Shown piece after piece: positions 1-11,819 of a stretch of DNA of 64,000 bases. The stretch spans positions 57,290,001-57,354,000 of the forward strand of contig NC_087436.1 of NCBI RefSeq assembly GCF_036321535.1, written 5' to 3'. Under the pieces are notes generated by a model that did not search any database, was not told the DNA's origin, and saw only the letters and a list, made by a program, of their open reading frames with translations. This stretch comes from Camelus dromedarius (taxonomy: Eukaryota). The translations under genes were made by a program, and so were the position numbers. Numbering within the stretch: position 1 is the stretch's first letter; each line of letters opens with the position of its first letter.

Positions 1-785
1 TTGTCTTTTTCCTGATCTTAGGGGAAAGTATTCTAGTCTTTTACCGGTAAGTGTGATGTTAGCTACAGGTTTTTCATAGATGATTTTTACTAGGTTGAGA
101 AATTTCATTTCTATTCTTAGTTTTCTGAGAGTTTTTATCATGAATGGATCTTGGATTTTGTCAAGCATATTTGCTCTACCTGTAAAGATGATCATGTGGT
201 TCTTGTTCTTTACTCTAGTATTACGGTATACTACATGGATTGACTTTTGTATGTTAAGCTAACTTTGCATTCCTAAGATAAATCCACTTGGTCGTGTTGT
301 GGAATACTTCTTATATGTTCTGGATTCAGTTTTCAAGTTTTTTATTCAGGATTTTTGCATCTATATTCACAACAGATATTAGTCTGATTCTTGGTCTGGT
401 TTTGGTATCAGGGTAATACTGGCATCATAGAATGAGTTAGGAAGTATTTCCTCCTCTTCTATGTTTTGGAAGACTTGTGAAGGCTTGGTATTAATTCTTT
501 AAATGTTGGTAGAATTCGCCAGTGAAGCTATCTGAGCCTGGGCTTTTCTATATAGGAAGTTTTAAAATTACTTATTCAATCTCTGAATATAGGTATTTCA
601 GATTTCATACTTCTTTTTGAGTCAGTTTTCATAGTTTGTCTTTCTAAGAATTTGTCTTCATCAGAGTTATCTAATTCATTAGCATACAGTTTTTCACAGT
701 ACTCTCAAAAATATTTTTTATTTCTGAAAGGCTAGGAGTTACTCCTTCTTTAAGTCCTGATTTTAGTAATTTGAGCCTTCTCTCA
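1..785 (-). mobile_element. Old LINE-1 ORF2 fragment, cut by the window edge
   Basis: Typical antisense L1 ORF2 text (cctgatcttaggggaaag...tgatgttagct...ggtatcagggtaatactggc...ccagtgaagctatctg). It is homologous to part of the L1 near 46.4-46.85 kb and has no intact frame. Confidence 0.9.
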
Positions 786-789
786 GGAA

Positions 790-1290
790 ATTCCCTGAGG
801 TGGTTGTCCCTCAACTTTCAAGAATTTGTTTACTATCCTCTGGGATGCATGTGTTTTACTAAGTGTTCTAGGTCTCTGTCATTGCATACAAAACCCTAAA
901 TTTTATGGCTTTGAATCTTCAACAGGCCACTTCAGTGGTAGGAAGCAGGGGTGGTTAGTGAGCATTCATGCGGGAAAGCCATATCCTCAAATGCTATGCT
1001 GATTTTGAGGAGTCCCTACACTTAACTATTCCTTGGATCTCCTTTTCCTCAGTCCCCCAATCTCATCCTTTCCAAGTTCCTGATCATCTGATGAAACCAT
1101 CTACCACTGTCCATGTAATGTGGATGTTTAACTCTAGCCAGCTCTCCCAGCTATGGAGTGGACAGCCAAATGTAACCCTGAACATTTCTTCTCACCAGAG
1201 ATATTTCTTTCTCTACATACTTCAGGGTCTCCCTGCTGATAGTATGCAGTCTTCAAATCATATAAAACCATCCATGACTCATAGTTTAAC
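790..1290 (-). mobile_element. ERV-L (class III) pol remnant, RNase H region
   Basis: Minus-strand translation from 1140 gives WLELNIHITWTVVDGFIR*SGTWKG*DWGTEEKEIQG, then (frameshifted) LRIWLSRMNAH. This resembles ERV-L RNase H as I recall it (WPDVRLYTDSWAVANGLAGWSGTWKxHDWKIGDKEIWG...KIFVSHVNAH). Boundaries are approximate. Confidence 0.8.
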
Positions 1291-1513
1291 CATTGATAAG
1301 GATTCCTACGTTTTTCTTTTCTTTTCTACTTTTCTTTCTTTTTTAATGGAGACACTACTGCTGGCAATTCACCAGAAATAAGAAATTTTTATGAATTTCT
1401 ATTTTGGTACAAATATGTAGATGTAAAGACTTCCAGTTGGACTTCCTATTATAACAGTTCACATTCAATAGGTCTAGTAGCCAATGTAGACTCTGTGAAT
1501 TGCTCAGCAACTT

Positions 1514-1583
1514 AGAAAGGGTTCCCTAAAAGAAAAAAGAAAGAAAGAAAGAAAAACAGAAGAAAGAAAGAAAGGGTTCCCTA
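1514..1583 (+). repeat. (GAAA)n/A-rich 40-bp insert flanked by a perfect 15-bp direct repeat
   Basis: AGAAAGGGTTCCCTA occurs at 1514-1528 and again at 1569-1583. Confidence 0.9.
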
Positions 1584-1804
1584 GGCTACAAAGCCTGAGC
1601 GGGAGAAAGAGAAAAGGTCATGAGTCCAAGAGGAGGGGAGAGCAAATGCAAAGGAGAGTATTATGAGCCCAGCCACAGCCTCTGCTGTTTCTGCTTTTCT
1701 GCCCCTTATTAATTGGGAATTAATCTCAATTTGAAAAGAAAATTGCAAGACTGGAATAAGGGACTTTCCCACCACCCCTGAATTAGTTGAGAGTACATTG
1801 CCAA

Positions 1805-2965
1805 CATTAATGCCCATTACCCTTAGATGCTTTAGTGTGTATTTCCAACGAACAAGGATAGACTCCTACATAACCATAACATAAATGTCAAAATGAAGAA
1901 AAATCCTTACAGATGCATTCCTGTCATCTAATCCCAAGACTCCATTCAGTTATTCCACTTGTGCCCGTTGATATATCCTTTAGAGCGAAAGGATCTGGTC
2001 CATCATCTCATGTTGCTGTAAGTTGCCATGTCTCTTTATCCTCTTTCAGTTTGGAGTTGTTCCCCAGTCTTTCCTTGGTTCCCATGACTGTGACATTTTT
2101 GAAGATTATAGGCCAGTTGTCTGGTAGAAGCTTCCTTAATCTGTCCTGATGTTACCTCATAATTAGATTTGGGTTATGATCTTTGGTGAGAATATCATGG
2201 AAGCAATGCTGTGTTCTTTTCATTGACTCTTATCAAGTATGCATGATTTTGACTTGTCCCATCATTGGTGAGGTTAACTTTAATCACCTGATTGGGTAGT
2301 GACTCTCAGGATTCTCCACTATAAAGTTACACCTTTATACTCTGTAATTAGTAAGTATTTTGTTATGAGTTACTTGGAAATAGTGCGAATATTCTGTTCC
2401 TCATCAAATTAGAAATGTTTCATTGATGTATTATATCATAATTTTTTTATTTAATGGATTATAATTCATTACTGTTATTTATTTTGTTGCTAAAATTGTG
2501 CCGGAGCTGGCCTGTGTTATGTGCTGTCAGGCTGGTTTCTGTGTCTTAATGAAACATCATCACTTTTAAGAACTTCCTTACTTTTTGGCAGAACAGGATG
2601 TTCCAGGTACATCTTGTATTTTTTCAGCCCAAGCCTTGGAATCAACCATTCTTCCAAAAAGACCTGGTTCCTTAAAGCATATTTAAAAAGCAGTATGTGG
2701 GCCCTATTTGTATGTATTGCTGTTTGAGGGTTGCAGCTCCTAGACTCTCTCAGTGGCCAGAGCTAGAAAACACTCACACACGTTCACATCTATATTTATT
2801 TCTGTATCTATCTGTATAGCTTCAAAGTCATGATTTCATCCCTCTATTTTTAATTCCAGTTCAACACGCAGGATTCAGTTTAGTTTTCTCTTTTTCTATA
2901 TGTGTAACTCTCCTCTCTGACAGTGAGAAAACTGGCTCCCATCATCTTTAATATACTTACTTGAG
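1805..2965 (-). mobile_element. Old L1 3' region (L1MC-like)
   Basis: Antisense L1MC-type 3' UTR motifs (tttagtgtgtatttcc...aacaagga...ctcctacataaccata; cagtgagaaaactggctccc). Confidence 0.75.
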
Positions 2966-3169
2966 AGATCTCCCCGTATGTGGCCAATCTTACTTTGCCA
3001 CTGTTTCCCCCCACCCTTCATGGGTGGTTTCCTCACTTGCTTGGCTCCGGCACTCCATTTCCAGGTATCACACTTCACTCTGGGCCATCGTGGATTTTCT
3101 TCCTTCTCTTCAACCCTCCTACTGTGGACGCATAGCTTGCTCAACTAATAGATTTTGGATTGAATTGTT

Positions 3170-3280
3170 TAGGAAGGGAAGAAAGAGAAGGGAATGGGAG
3201 AGGAAGAAATGAGAAAGAAAGGAAGAAGAATGAGAGGTGGGAAAGGAAAAAGTGAAAAAGAGAAAGAGAAAAAAGAAGAT
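3170..3280. repeat. GA-rich low-complexity tract
   Basis: Nearly pure purine run. Confidence 0.9.
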
Positions 3281-3781
3281 GGAGCTGAATGCTATAGCTT
3301 CTTTACGACCCAGTGAGTGCTTGTCCCCCCAGCCGCAGTCAGAGAGGCTGTACAAAAGTATTGCTGCACTGGACACTGCCCCGGAAGAGGATGAGCTCCT
3401 TCCTATCCCCTGTCTCCCATTGGGCACAGTGTCCCTCGTGGGGCATGAACTCCCACGTGTTTCTGATGGTATCACCTGACTTTTGCAGGCACTCGCTAGA
3501 GAAGCTAGAGGCCCCACCGGTCTGCCCTGGTGGTCTCTGCGTTAGGTCGCCCTGCATGTCAGTCTGGAGTAGTGGCAACAGAAACAGCAGCAAATGGGCT
3601 CAATGATACACAAGCTGCTGCCACAGCCATCCTGACAGGAAAACAAGGCAGATGTGTGAATCTGGAGTAATTAGTAAATGGAACTAGTACAGTCCATCCC
3701 TTTCCTCAGAGGAGAAACAGGCAAACCCAATTCTTCAAGCTGGTGGCCAGGTGCAGTTTCCCAGAATATTAACAAACGAAG

Positions 3782-4370
3782 CTACAGTTCATCTCTTGCA
3801 GTTTGTCCCAGCGCTGTCATGATTACCCAGTATCTTCTTTCTGCACCACCTATTTGAGATTTCTCTCTTTTCAGAGAGCACTTCAGCAGCCTGTGTTGCT
3901 TGCAGTAGAGTGACTTCCATCCTCAAGTGGTTTGAGACCTTGCTTACCTTTTCTTAAGGACCAGGGCTTCTGCTGTTGTCCACTTACAGCTATCTGGTCA
4001 TGGAAGGAGGACGAGAGCCCCTAGTGCCTCCTCTGAGTTCCTCATGGTAACCAAGGTTGGTTACTCCAGTCTCTGCCTGCTGGTCTTCTGACGTGAGGAG
4101 TCGGCTACTGCCCCCTTGCAGCAGCCATTGGGCATGGAAGGTCAAGAAAAACCATGGTAAATCCTAATTCTACATCTTGGTTTTCCTGATTTGTATATTC
4201 TAGCTCTTGGGGACACAGCATCATTTATCAGCCATTGGTTCAACGAATACATGCATCCTGGAGGGCAGAGTCCAAATCACACAACATATGTTCCTTAAAC
4301 TGGCACCTTATCTGAGTCTTCAACAGCCATTCCTTCATTTCACACAGCTGGCCCATAAAACCCGACCTGT
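3782..4370 (-). mobile_element. ERV-L pol remnant: integrase core, deleted dUTPase and pol C-terminus
   Basis: Minus-strand peptides LLKTQIRCQ...LQDA, YSLNQWLINDAVSPRARI, RLLTSEDQQAETGVT, IAVSGQQQKP, AAEVLSE and WDKLQ parallel ERV-L motifs from memory (LLKxQLQ..., YALNQRPIYGxVSPIARI, LLLPLSQQAKKGVT, IKVNGKLQQP, PAEVLAE, RDQLQ). Many frameshifts and stops. Confidence 0.8.
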
Positions 4371-4439
4371 GTGACTTTCCATGTTCTTTCCTCTTCTGCT
4401 TGCTGGATAGAAAACAGGGTAGTGACTTTAGAAGGTATA

Positions 4440-4612
4440 TGTTAAATATGGTAAAACCACAGAATGGAAGGAACTGAAACATCACATGAAGGTGATCACT
4501 TCACAATTAAGAATATCTATTTTGAACTTTATATGAGTGATAAATAAACTTACATTGTGTTTTAGTCATTGTGCATTTTGGGCATTATTCGTTAAATTAG
4601 CTAGTGTTACTA
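4440..4612 (+). mobile_element. MLT1 (ERVL-MaLR) LTR 3' fragment
   Basis: agaatggaaggaac...aaataaactt...tgtgtttt agtca...ttgggcattattcgtta matches the MLT1 LTR 3' end pattern. Confidence 0.6.
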
Positions 4613-5691
4613 GTAATGCAGTGCTTCACTGAGGCCAAAGCTCTGAGCTAAACTCACCTTTATAGAAGCTCATAATAACAATTACATGAAAACTAAATCA
4701 CAGTGTACTTTAGCTGTTACTTACCTAGTCTCAGACTATTTACAGCTGACTTCACACTGTAATGTCAAAGTATATGAAGGCCCAGTCATGGGCATAATAA
4801 TATTGACAGCTTTAATCATGTAGACTGTTCTATCCAGAATTTGCTAAAATTATGTAACCTTCATTATCAACATTGGCAGTCCTATTCATGTGCCCCATCT
4901 CAGACTGCTTTGTTGGGACCTGTGCAAAGTGAAATCATCAGTGTCCCCTGTCTTTGTAGGGGATGTTATTCAAGCAGTCAGCACTGACAGAGAGAGAAAA
5001 GTTCAGTTTTATTTGTAATGATGATGTAATACATGCAAAATAAGATAACCTATCCACTGCACATACTCAATTACTTTCCTAAATAGCTTTCAATGACAAC
5101 TTTGATTTTGAAGGAACATGGGGGGAAAGTGATTATTCTTCAATACTATTGACTTCTCTATGACTTAGATCAGTGGCTCTCAGCTGGTGCAGTTTTGCCC
5201 CCAGGGGACTTTCGGCAGCTCAGTCTAAAATAGTGTTCAATGTATGCGTTGAATTAGTGTTCAGTAGTATTGAAGAACTCTAACTTAGGTTATGATATTT
5301 CAAGCTGCCTTCTTTAATGTGGCTTATTTTGAGGTTAAAAGCCAAACCAAAACAAGCCAAAGTAAAATAACTGAAACCACTACAAAGTGGGGCAAATAGA
5401 ATAAACCTAATTGTCGATTTGCAGTTATACTGGTCCTGCTTCAGAATGCCACTGAAGAAATGTGTCACTCTCCTATGTGTATTACATTATCTATGAAAGC
5501 AGTAAAGCCAGCATCATTTTTATGGTTGTTCTGCACTCCCATGTATTCTTAGTCTTGATTTGCAGAATGGAACATCGAATACCAGATGTCTCCCAGGTTT
5601 GCACATCTTTATAAACTCCGTCATCAAAAGTGAGCTGAATGCAGAAATCTTCTTCTAGCCAGGGAAAATCCCCAAACATACGCATAAATAG

Positions 5692-5732
5692 GGGCAGTGA
5701 TCCAAAGGGCAGTGATCCAAAGGGCAGTGATC
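5692..5732. repeat. 15-bp tandem repeat, GGGCAGTGATCCAAA x ~2.7
   Basis: Read directly from the sequence. Confidence 0.95.
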
Positions 5733-7945
5733 AGGGTGATCACAACCACACAAGACTATAGGAGCTGGTAAGAAGAAAGCCGAAATCTCTTGGTGTCCCG
5801 CAGTGTTGCCAAGCTGTTCACAGCTGCCTCGGAGGTGTTAAGAACACCCAGAGGTCCCACATGTCTATAGTTTTGCTTAGAGCTACTCTGGGATTAGAGA
5901 ATAGAGTTGTGTGAGTGTAAACTCACAATGGAAGGAAGCACGACATGTACTTTCTTGCTGCCTTAACGTAGACTCTGTTGATTTTAGAGAACCTCACCCT
6001 AGACTCACAAAGCTGGCAAACATTTAGAAATAAAATAATAATAATAATTTTTAAAAAACCCAGCCTGGCTCACCTGGTGTCTTCCTTTTTTTTTTTTTTT
6101 TTCCCTTCTCCAAATATATCCAAGCTTAGGAAGGTGGCTTTGTCTTGGCAGTCAGGAAAAAAGTTCCTTGCAGCCCTCCTGTTCAGGACAGTGTAACAGA
6201 CACATAAAATTCACACACATTTGGGGGATGCAAGTCAGATGGCTCCTCCAAAGGATGTCACTGCTTTTTACCATGTAGGCTAGAGAAGAAACATAAAATG
6301 AATGTATTCCCACTTGTAATAATTCTTTAAATGCCAAGTGGTTCTCTTTAAAAGCTTGACATATGTAAATGGGAGTAAACATCACTAACATGAACTAATT
6401 ACAGGCAAGGCCCATAGCAAACTGAAGAAATACTTAGAAGAAAAGTAGTGCTCTAACTTTCAAGGACTTAACAATAATTTGTAATAATGCTAATAAAATC
6501 CTTCCAAGGAAAGATCCTTCAAGAAAATTGTTTTGGTATTCTGAGGCATAATCAGCAGCACTCATCTTAACTGAAAAAGTTATATGTTAAAGTCATTAAA
6601 ATGGTTTGTGATAATTAAGTAGGTTTAAAATGTCCTTAGATGTGGTATATTTACTGCTAATTTGCTAACCAAACCCTTTCTTTGTAGATTGGGTGAAGGA
6701 AATTTTTAGCTCAGATGAAGACAATTGATAAAAATTAGAAATTAGAAGAGTTGTAAATAAGATATATTACATTATGCAAAAGAGATCTTCTACTGAAAAT
6801 AGGATGTGGAACCTGGCAAGTCAGAAGTTAGGGATGACTCCAGGAGAAAAGGAAACGAGCCTACAGTGGTCTGAATGGGATTTAAGGGAGAGGAGACCAA
6901 GGAGGTGGGTAAGCATTAAGTTTCAAGAAGGAGGAGACTGAAATGGAGGCCAGTGATGGCCACTGTTTCCTCCAAGGAGGTGAACCTAATAATCAACTTA
7001 AAGTTGATGAAAATTGTAAATCTGGAAGAGTCATTCACCGTGGAGAACACAGAAGAACGCTGACTAGAGAAATTTAGGTATTGCCAGTTTAGGTTGAAAA
7101 CCATAAAACCACAACAATAAAAAAGAACCAATGAAAGGACAGCAAAAATGAAAAATAAATCATATTAACACATTGGGGACCTGAATCCTTTAAGGCAAAT
7201 CTTGTTTCAATCTGTCCTGTTTTAGCAGTCTTCCACCTGCATCTGTGGCTTCCTTCCACTCCAGCACGTCAGGTGAGGTGACCTCTGTTTCAGTCATAGT
7301 GCAGCAGCAGACCTAGGTCTTATCTTCTAAGGACGAGTTTGTTAATGCACATCAAACTTGGCAGCCGCAGCACTTTTTCAGTGAGGCAGTTCATTGATAA
7401 ACTCCAAACTTTAAATTAGTTTGTAATATTAATTTTTTGCTTGTAGACAATCACATGATTTGGGGAAGAAAGGATGGAAATAAAAGGAGGGAAATACAGA
7501 TATAGAATTAACCAGGCAACACGTTTTGTGTTGAACTAAAAAATTATTCATCTTAATCCAATCTTGGGCAAAGAGCCATTGTTTTCTTTCTATAATTTAA
7601 CTGCCCATTTAAAATAAGACCTTGTTGATTCAAGACCCACTGATTGGTAATATTCAGATATGTTCTGGGTTTAAATATCTTTTAGGGATCAATGAAGAAA
7701 GGTTAGGTTAGGTGGTAACAGTATAAATAAGATTAAAGAATGAATATTAAGCTACTTGTGAAAACAAAATATTTTCACACTTCTTCAAGAAATTACTAGG
7801 TCTTTATAGCATACAAAACTATGCTAATGTAAAATAATCCAAAAGTCCTGCCACACAAAGTCCTGTATTCAGCTAGAGATAATAACATTGCATCTTATCA
7901 GTTTCAACTACTCCAATGTGTTTCACACATTTAGTATATTTGACT

Positions 7946-8103
7946 CTTCTCAACCATGGTGGCTTCTTGATATCTCCTGGATAGCTTTTAAAATGCTATT
8001 CCCCAGAGATTCTAATTTAATTGTTGCAGTGGGGTTCACACATTCCTTAGTTTTAAAATCTCCCTAGGCAATTTGAGCAGGTAGCTAAGTTTGAGAAACA
8101 CTG
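7946..8103. mobile_element. MER5-like hAT-Charlie MITE
   Basis: ttctcaacc...ccccagagattctaatttaattg...ctccctagg...agtttgagaaacactg. Confidence 0.75.
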
Positions 8104-8399
8104 TGTTAGCATCCTGTGAAAACAAATTACTTGGTTAGAAAGCAGCATTTAAAAAATGAAACACAGTATGTATGTGGTAAGGGTAATCTTGATTTGTGAT
8201 ACTTTTGTCTTGATTTTGTTTGTGTCTGTGTGGATATGAGTATTTACTTAGTTGTTATGTAAAATTTATTTTTGACCCTGGCTTATGCTAAACTAATCGT
8301 TGAAACTGGTTTTCTTATTCACAAACTGAATTAATGAGGTTTATATGAAATTATTTTTCTAACCATAAGGATCTTCATAGGAAATTAAATTGGCTTTTA

Positions 8400-8630
8400 G
8401 TGTGTAAAAGGTAAGAACACAGATTCTGGAGCCAAACTATCTGAGTTTGAATCTCTGTCTGCCACTAACTGGCCTTAGTGACTGTGGGCAAATTACTTGA
8501 TCTCTCTGTACCTCAATTTCTTCACTTACAAAGTAGAGAAAATAATAGTTGCTGCCTCATAGGACTGTTATTAGGAGTAAATGAGTTAATGTTTGTGTAG
8601 CATTACAGCAGGATACTATAGTAAGTAATA
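8400..8630 (+). mobile_element. MIR SINE
   Basis: MIR core: gtgactgtgggcaaattacttgatctctctgtacctcaatttcttcac...aataatagt...cctcatagg. Confidence 0.85.
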
Positions 8631-10489
8631 TGTAATATGCAAATTCAAATACATTTTTATTAAATAAGATTAAAAAAACAGCTAAACTTTATTCTAGATC
8701 ACAACATATTTCTCTATCAAAAGAACATAGCAAAAACACAAGATTTATAACCAGTAATACACTGGAGGAAAGAGGTGCAAAAATCAAACCTAATTTCATA
8801 TTAACCTGGTTGGGAGAGTAAGTCCTAGAAATGTTGACTGAATATGTTTTGGGTTGGTGCTTATTTACAAAAATCTTTAAATTCGCTTTCTCTTTTATTT
8901 TAGCACATTGGATGTTTGGATATTTAAAAGTGAAATTATTTCTGTCTTTTACTTCAATCAAAATGTGATGTGATATGCTGCCTTTTGAATGTTATGTAAA
9001 CATGTAGTCTTGTACCAGGTCTCCCAACAGAATGAAGGTTCCCTGCAAGATATTTTGTTTAGAGCTTTTGAAGTTACAAGTTCAGCTCAGAAGTAGGAGT
9101 GAGTAAAATTTCAGTTCCTGTAGCCACTTGAGTAGATGTCAGTTTCAGATTTGGGAAATTATAGGCTCCATGATAAATATTTCAGGCTGCTGACTACAAT
9201 GAAAAGTAATTAAAGCAGCTATGACAACAGGTGCTGTATAGGGGAAATGGTGCCTTTTATCATGAGGTTGTGGGTGCATGTGCTGAACGTGCTCATCATT
9301 TTCTCTTTTCTATTATTCACCGAATACCCTGGGGAGATTATTCTATTGCCAGCATTTATAGGATATAATGAAACCACATTAAATATTTATCTGATTGCTA
9401 CCAACTGTGTAGAAAGCGTATGCTAACTATGGTTATGTACGGCAAGTTAGACTCAGACCAGTGAAGTTCGACTTCATTGGGACTTCTTTGTACTTGACCC
9501 ACGGGCCTTCACTGTTTCATTGACCTTTAATTCAAGCGTCAGGTATCTTTTTAACTGTTTGTTAAATGAAAACTTTAAGAGGGTGGTAATAAGATATATA
9601 CTTCTTTTAAACCTGTATGTTTCTATATAAGGAACTCCTTAACATATGGCATATGAACAGCCACAATGGAAAATGATTTTAATCTTATCAGCTTTCATTA
9701 CATATTTCTTGGGAATTGAGCATGATATTTCACAACTCATCTCATTTTAACTATGTCCAACTCATAGACTTCTCCTTAAAAACAAAAAGGAAAGGTATTT
9801 TAAATAACATAGTGTTTCAGTTTTAGTTCAAAGAATTATGTCCACATTAAATGTCTAAAATGAGGCAATGAATAAAAGAGTGTTTTATAAAATAAAATGC
9901 TCAATAAATGGGTTACGATAATGCTTTTCAAAAACTTTCTTTTCTTGAAGGGTAACTAAGATAAAGTTTTTAATCCTTTACTTTCTACTTGTATAGATGA
10001 TTATAATTGAATCAGACTGCTGCTTTAAATGTAGAAGCAACTTTTATGTATATATAATCCCTTTTTTATTGTGACATTTCCTTTATAAAAGGATACACAT
10101 TCTTCCAAGGATATACAGGTCCAGGAGTCATTACTGTGTATGTGTAGATCAGTACTTGTTCATAGATGACAACTTTATGGTATAGAGTTAGGTTTACTGA
10201 CCTCAGAAGAAAAAAAATTAAATCTGATAATGCATAGTAATATTTAATTATTTTACTACAAAATCAAATGCAATAAATTTAAAGATTAAATATCTTAAAT
10301 TTGCATACACTGTTGACATCCTTATGTTTCAAATAAATTTGCTATTAAAGTACCTGAGAGCTTTAGAAATGTCATATAAAATTTGATGACAAACTATGTC
10401 TTCTACACTTTGTGGCTTTATGAATATAGGAAAATAAATAATTCTAAAAGTTTGTGAAAGGGGGAGTTGGAATCTATTCTATGTTTTAA

Positions 10490-10580
10490 ATAATTTATTT
10501 AAACAAACATTTATAGTCGAGTACCTACTACATGCCTGGCACTGGGCCAAGCATTTAAGATAACCAGGCTGAGTAAGAGC
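10490..10580 (-). mobile_element. L2 3' end fragment
   Basis: aacaaacatttat...gagtacctactacatgcctggcactg. Confidence 0.65.
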
Positions 10581-10924
10581 ATGATGGTAGATCCCAACAC
10601 TTAGAAACTTGTTTTTCTTTCAGAGTGAGGATTGAGTAACCATCTTCCCAACTCTCTAGTGCTTAGAATTATTGATCTGCAAGGCAGAGATTCTCCATGG
10701 ATGTAGCTCTGCTTCCTAGAGAATTCCCTGGGCATGTGCATTCAACTGAGTGGGTGCCACAATTAAGTAGGAATGGAGCCACTGTGAAGAAAACAGATTT
10801 TTAATTGAAATTGACCTAGAACTTTCTGTTGCTTATAGGCATCATAGAAGAATTCTGCAATATGTATAGTAAATAGCACTCCTGCCTTCTGGTTGAGTAG
10901 CAGTTATTTATTTAACTAGGTTTT

Positions 10925-11110
10925 GTTCATTCATTTATTGGAAACCTTTTTATTTATTTATGTGCGGGGCAGTGTGCTGGGCAGTGGGGTTATGCGTGAA
11001 TGGGAAAGACGCCACCCCTGCACCTCTGCAGCTTCTGCACATCTAGTTGGGAAGACAGATAATGGAGCAGCAATTAGAACACAGTGTAGCAACCGCAGTC
11101 TTGAGTGTAG
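10925..11110 (-). mobile_element. L2 3' end fragment
   Basis: ttcattcatttattg...tatgtgcggggcagtgtgctgg...catctagttgggaagacaga. Confidence 0.65.
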
Positions 11111-11594
11111 CCGAGAGGCCAAATAGTATGAGTGCGAGTAGTTATATATGTTCATTAGATTAAGACACAGGATATTTTGTTGATTTGCCAAGAGTATACA
11201 TAGTTTCTGTGTCACATGTTCAGTGCAGCAACTTTCATGCTGTTCTAGTGTAATGATGTCCTAAGTCGGATGGTAGGCATTTTAGCTGTATTACCTCATG
11301 TGATCTTCACGATATCCCTCTGATCTGACACTTTTACATGCAAGGAAGTCAAGCTTATAAAACTTTTTTGAACCGCAGAAACTTATAGTTGGATGTAGGC
11401 TTCCTTTTTGCCTCTGTAGCGCATTGCCTAATTCTGGCCTAAGACCTGAGGATGCAGTATCAAGTTTTAACCATTTCAAGGCTGATCCTGATCTCTTTTT
11501 AGTCAAGTTTGCACCAGCACCCAGTTCCCACTTTATAACCCAGTTCAGACTTCAGTGTTCTCTGTCCAAGTTTTGTCTTAGAAATGTGTCTAGA

Positions 11595-11819
11595 GGAGGG
11601 TTTCTAGACAGCATGACTATTGACATTTGGGGCCAGATGACCGTTAATGGTGGGGTCTGTCCAATGCATTACAGAAGGTTTAGCAGCATCCCTGGCCTCT
11701 ACCCGCTAGGTGCCAGTTGCTCCCACCCCACTCTCCCCACAAACAGTGGCAATAAAAAATGTGTCCACACGTTGCCAAATGTCTCTGGGGGGAAGTCACT
11801 CCCAGTTGAGAACCACTAG
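11595..11819. mobile_element. MER20 hAT-Charlie element, near full length
   Basis: actattgacatttggggccagat...tttagcagcatccctggcctctacccgctaggtgccag...cccagttgagaaccact. Confidence 0.9.

Noticed and set aside
968..1381. 137-aa plus-strand ORF
   Set aside because: It is the antisense shadow of the ERV-L RNase H remnant running into a T-rich tract, with no recognisable protein.
6689..7080. Acceptor-like site (ctttctttgtag) followed by purine-rich, exon-looking sequence
   Set aside because: The frames I read are interrupted by stops and show no recognisable homology.
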